A stretch of DNA of 64,000 nt from NCBI GenBank assembly GCA_034669045.1, contig JAXDOD010000102.1:12192-76191 (forward strand), in the 5' to 3' direction. Below the pieces are notes generated by a model. The model did no database searches. It saw only the letters and a program-made list of their open reading frames with translations, and had not been told where the DNA came from. Made by a program: the position numbers and the translations under genes. The stretch's first letter is position 1. Every line of letters starts with the position of its first letter. Below are positions 62,121-64,000 of this stretch, piece by piece. This DNA comes from Alphaproteobacteria bacterium. Lineage in GTDB: Bacteria > Pseudomonadota > Alphaproteobacteria > Rhizobiales > Xanthobacteraceae.

Positions 62121-63083
62121 ATGCGATTCCTGATTACCGGCACGGCCGGCTTCATCGGCTATCACGTGGCCAGCCGCCTGCTCGCCGAGGGCCACGCGGT
62201 GGTGGGCGTCGACGGCATCACCCCCTACTACGACCAGGCCCTCAAGCGCCGTCGCCATGCGAATCTCGCTCGTCTGCCGGATTTCGCCGCGCATGAGCTG
62301 ATGCTCGAAGACGCGCCGCGACTGGCGGAGTGCGTCGCCGCCGCCAAGGCCGACATCGCCATCCATCTCGCGGCGCAGGCCGGCGTGCGCTACAGCGCGG
62401 AGAACCCGCGCGCCTACATCGATTGCAACATCATCGGCACCTTCAATCTCCTTGAGGCGTTGCGCGCCCATCCGCCTCGTCACCTCCTCCTCGCCTCCAC
62501 CAGCTCGGTCTACGGCACCGGCCCGCAGCCGTTCGAGGAGACCCAGAACACCGACCGGCCGATCTCGCTCTATGCGGCCACCAAGAAAGCGACCGAGGCG
62601 ATGGCCTACAGCTTCGCCCATCTCCACCGTCTGCCGGTCACGGCCATGCGCCTGTTCACGGTCTACGGTCCCTGGGGGCGGCCCGACATGGCGCTGTTCA
62701 AGTTCACCAAAAGCATCATCGCCGGCGTACCGATCGAGGTCTACGGCGCAGGCAAGATGACGCGCGACTTCACGTATGTGGACGACGCGGTCGAGGCGAT
62801 CGCGCGGCTGGCCGGGCACGCTCCGGCCGTGGGCGTGCCCTACCGCGTGGTCAATGTCGGCGGCGGACATCCGATCGGGCTCGAGGACTTCATCGCCATC
62901 ATCGAGGATGCGGTCGGCAGCACGGCCATCCGCCGCGATCTGCCGATGCAGCCCGGCGACGTGCCGGCGACCTTCGCGAGCACTGCACTGCTGGAGCAGA
63001 TCACGGGCTTTCGGCCGGCGACCCCGGCCGAGGACGGCGTGCGCGCCTTCGTCGCCTGGTTTCGCGACTATTATGGCGTCTGA
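62121..63083 (+). CDS. NAD-dependent epimerase, UDP-glucuronate 4-epimerase-like
   Basis: MRFLITGTAGFIGYHV, ASTSSVYG, LYAATKKATEAMA and RLFTVYGPWGRPDMA. Confidence 0.85.
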   Translation: MRFLITGTAGFIGYHVASRLLAEGHAVVGVDGITPYYDQALKRRRHANLARLPDFAAHELMLEDAPRLAECVAAAKADIAIHLAAQAGVRYSAENPRAYIDCNIIGTFNLLEALRAHPPRHLLLASTSSVYGTGPQPFEETQNTDRPISLYAATKKATEAMAYSFAHLHRLPVTAMRLFTVYGPWGRPDMALFKFTKSIIAGVPIEVYGAGKMTRDFTYVDDAVEAIARLAGHAPAVGVPYRVVNVGGGHPIGLEDFIAIIEDAVGSTAIRRDLPMQPGDVPATFASTALLEQITGFRPATPAEDGVRAFVAWFRDYYGV

Positions 63084-63086
63084 GCG

Positions 63087-64000
63087 ATGACCGGTCCCGC
63101 CAGCGCCGCCAGCATGGTCCTCGTTCTCGCGCCGGTGCTTCTGGCAGCCTTGCTCAGCGCCGCCTTGATCACCGTGCTGGCGCCGTGGCTCAAGGCCTAT
63201 GCGCTTGCCCGCCCGAACGCGCGGTCTTCACACGCCGAGCCCACGCCGCAGGGCGGCGGCGCGGCCGTGGTCGCGGCGACCCTGCTTGCCGCCTGGGCCG
63301 GTTCAGCGATGTCGGGCGTGGCGTCCGATGCGGCGGCGCATGAATTTCTGATCGTGAGCGGTGCTGCCGCTCTCCTCGCGGCGGTCGGCGCCGTCGACGA
63401 CATCCGCGGGTTGCCGGTGTGGGCGCGCCTGGCTTTGCAAATCCTCGCGGTCGGCGTGGTGCTGGCCGCGCTGCCGGCGGACACGCGCCTCGTGCCGCTG
63501 CTGCCGTGGTGGATCGAGCGCGCCGCTCTGCTCGTCGGCGGCGTATGGGTGGTCAATCTCACCAACTTCATGGATGGCATCGACTGGATGACGGTCGCCG
63601 AGGTCGTGCCGGTCACCGCGGCGATCGCGCTGGTCGGGGTGCTGCTGGGTGCCGTCTCCGAGCTACCAACGCTCGCGGCGCTTGCGCTCCTGGGTGCCAT
63701 CCTCGGCTTTGCACCGTTCAACCGCCCGGTGGCGCGGCTCTTTCTCGGCGATGTCGGCAGCCTGCCGATCGGCCTCCTGCTATTCTGGCTGCTGCTGCAC
63801 CTTGCGGCACGCGGTCATCTCGCCGCCGCGCTGCTGCTTCCGCTCTACTATCTCGCCGACGCGACGCTCACGCTGTTGCGCCGCGCGCTCGCCAGGGAAC
63901 CGGTCTGGCAGGCGCACCGCAGCCATTTCTATCAGCGTGCCACCGATGGCGGCTTCACGGTGTCCGAAATCACCGCGCGCGTGTTCGCGACCAATGTCGC
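63087..64000 (+). CDS. Polyprenyl-phosphate N-acetylhexosamine-1-phosphate transferase (GT4 family MraY/WecA/WbpL-like), 3-prime end outside the window
   Basis: I translated this by hand because it is not in the ORF track (it has no stop in the window). It reads MTGPASAASMVLVLAPVLL..., VDDIRGL, VVNLTNFMDGIDW, FLGDVGSLPIG and HRSHFYQR. Confidence 0.85.
   Translation, partial: MTGPASAASMVLVLAPVLLAALLSAALITVLAPWLKAYALARPNARSSHAEPTPQGGGAAVVAATLLAAWAGSAMSGVASDAAAHEFLIVSGAAALLAAVGAVDDIRGLPVWARLALQILAVGVVLAALPADTRLVPLLPWWIERAALLVGGVWVVNLTNFMDGIDWMTVAEVVPVTAAIALVGVLLGAVSELPTLAALALLGAILGFAPFNRPVARLFLGDVGSLPIGLLLFWLLLHLAARGHLAAALLLPLYYLADATLTLLRRALAREPVWQAHRSHFYQRATDGGFTVSEITARVFATNV

Noticed and set aside
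1-64000. A search for mobile elements, tRNA/rRNA genes, toxin-antitoxin pairs, restriction-modification or other defence systems.
   Set aside because: I recognised no transposase/integrase motifs, no inverted terminal repeats at the G+C transitions, no tRNA-like cloverleaf regions and no nuclease, helicase or methylase-specificity modules. The five SAM methyltransferases look like small-molecule or sugar enzymes, not DNA methylases.

Overview
This 64-kb window has high G+C. It looks alphaproteobacterial and Bradyrhizobiaceae-like by eye, but the taxonomy is only a guess. It is almost entirely cell-surface polysaccharide (O-antigen/LPS or capsule type) biosynthesis. I support about 59 CDS. I found no rRNA, tRNA, CRISPR array, transposase or integrase.

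Layout:
- 1-6.3 kb: a + strand sugar-nucleotide operon with SDR epimerases, a reversed-order HldE-like nucleotidyltransferase/kinase, a Gfo/Idh/MocA oxidoreductase and a sugar-nucleotide dehydrogenase.
- 6.3-26.6 kb: a visibly lower-G+C block. It holds a GT2, methyltransferases, a GT-C-like membrane protein, split transketolase pair 1, a flippase-like protein, an acyltransferase-3, an EamA transporter, two DegT aminotransferases, a PIG-L deacetylase, a Nudix hydrolase and an MBOAT/AlgJ-like O-acetylation pair.
- 26.6-30.0 kb: rmlA-D-B-C on the minus strand.
- 30.3-46.0 kb: a + strand operon. It opens with a 1059-aa sulfotransferase fused to 98 uninterrupted heptad repeats. It continues with a small coiled-coil protein, a GT4+RgpF giant glycosyltransferase, an SDR, two GT2s, wzm/wzt, a methyltransferase, UDP-xylose synthase, an HddA-like kinase and an RmlC-like epimerase.
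- 46.0-61.1 kb: a convergent, tightly coupled minus-strand operon of about 15 kb. In transcription order it encodes ugd, a gmd/dmhA-like dehydratase, SDRs, a TylF-type methyltransferase, split transketolase pair 2, a Nudix hydrolase, a B12-radical SAM enzyme, an aldo/keto reductase, gmhA, an hddC-gmhB fusion and an 845-aa orphan.
- 61.4-64.0 kb: an LptE-like lipoprotein, a UDP-GlcA 4-epimerase-like SDR and a WecA/WbpL-type initiating transferase that runs off the window.

The most novel candidate is the sulfotransferase-rod protein. I propose it is a sulfate-capping chain terminator and molecular ruler for an ABC-transporter-dependent glycan. Secondary candidates are the two split transketolases, the B12-rSAM enzyme and the C-methyltransferase-like enzyme, which suggest an unusual branched or higher-carbon (heptose-derived) sugar.

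All functional calls come from motif recognition by eye. No database search was run.
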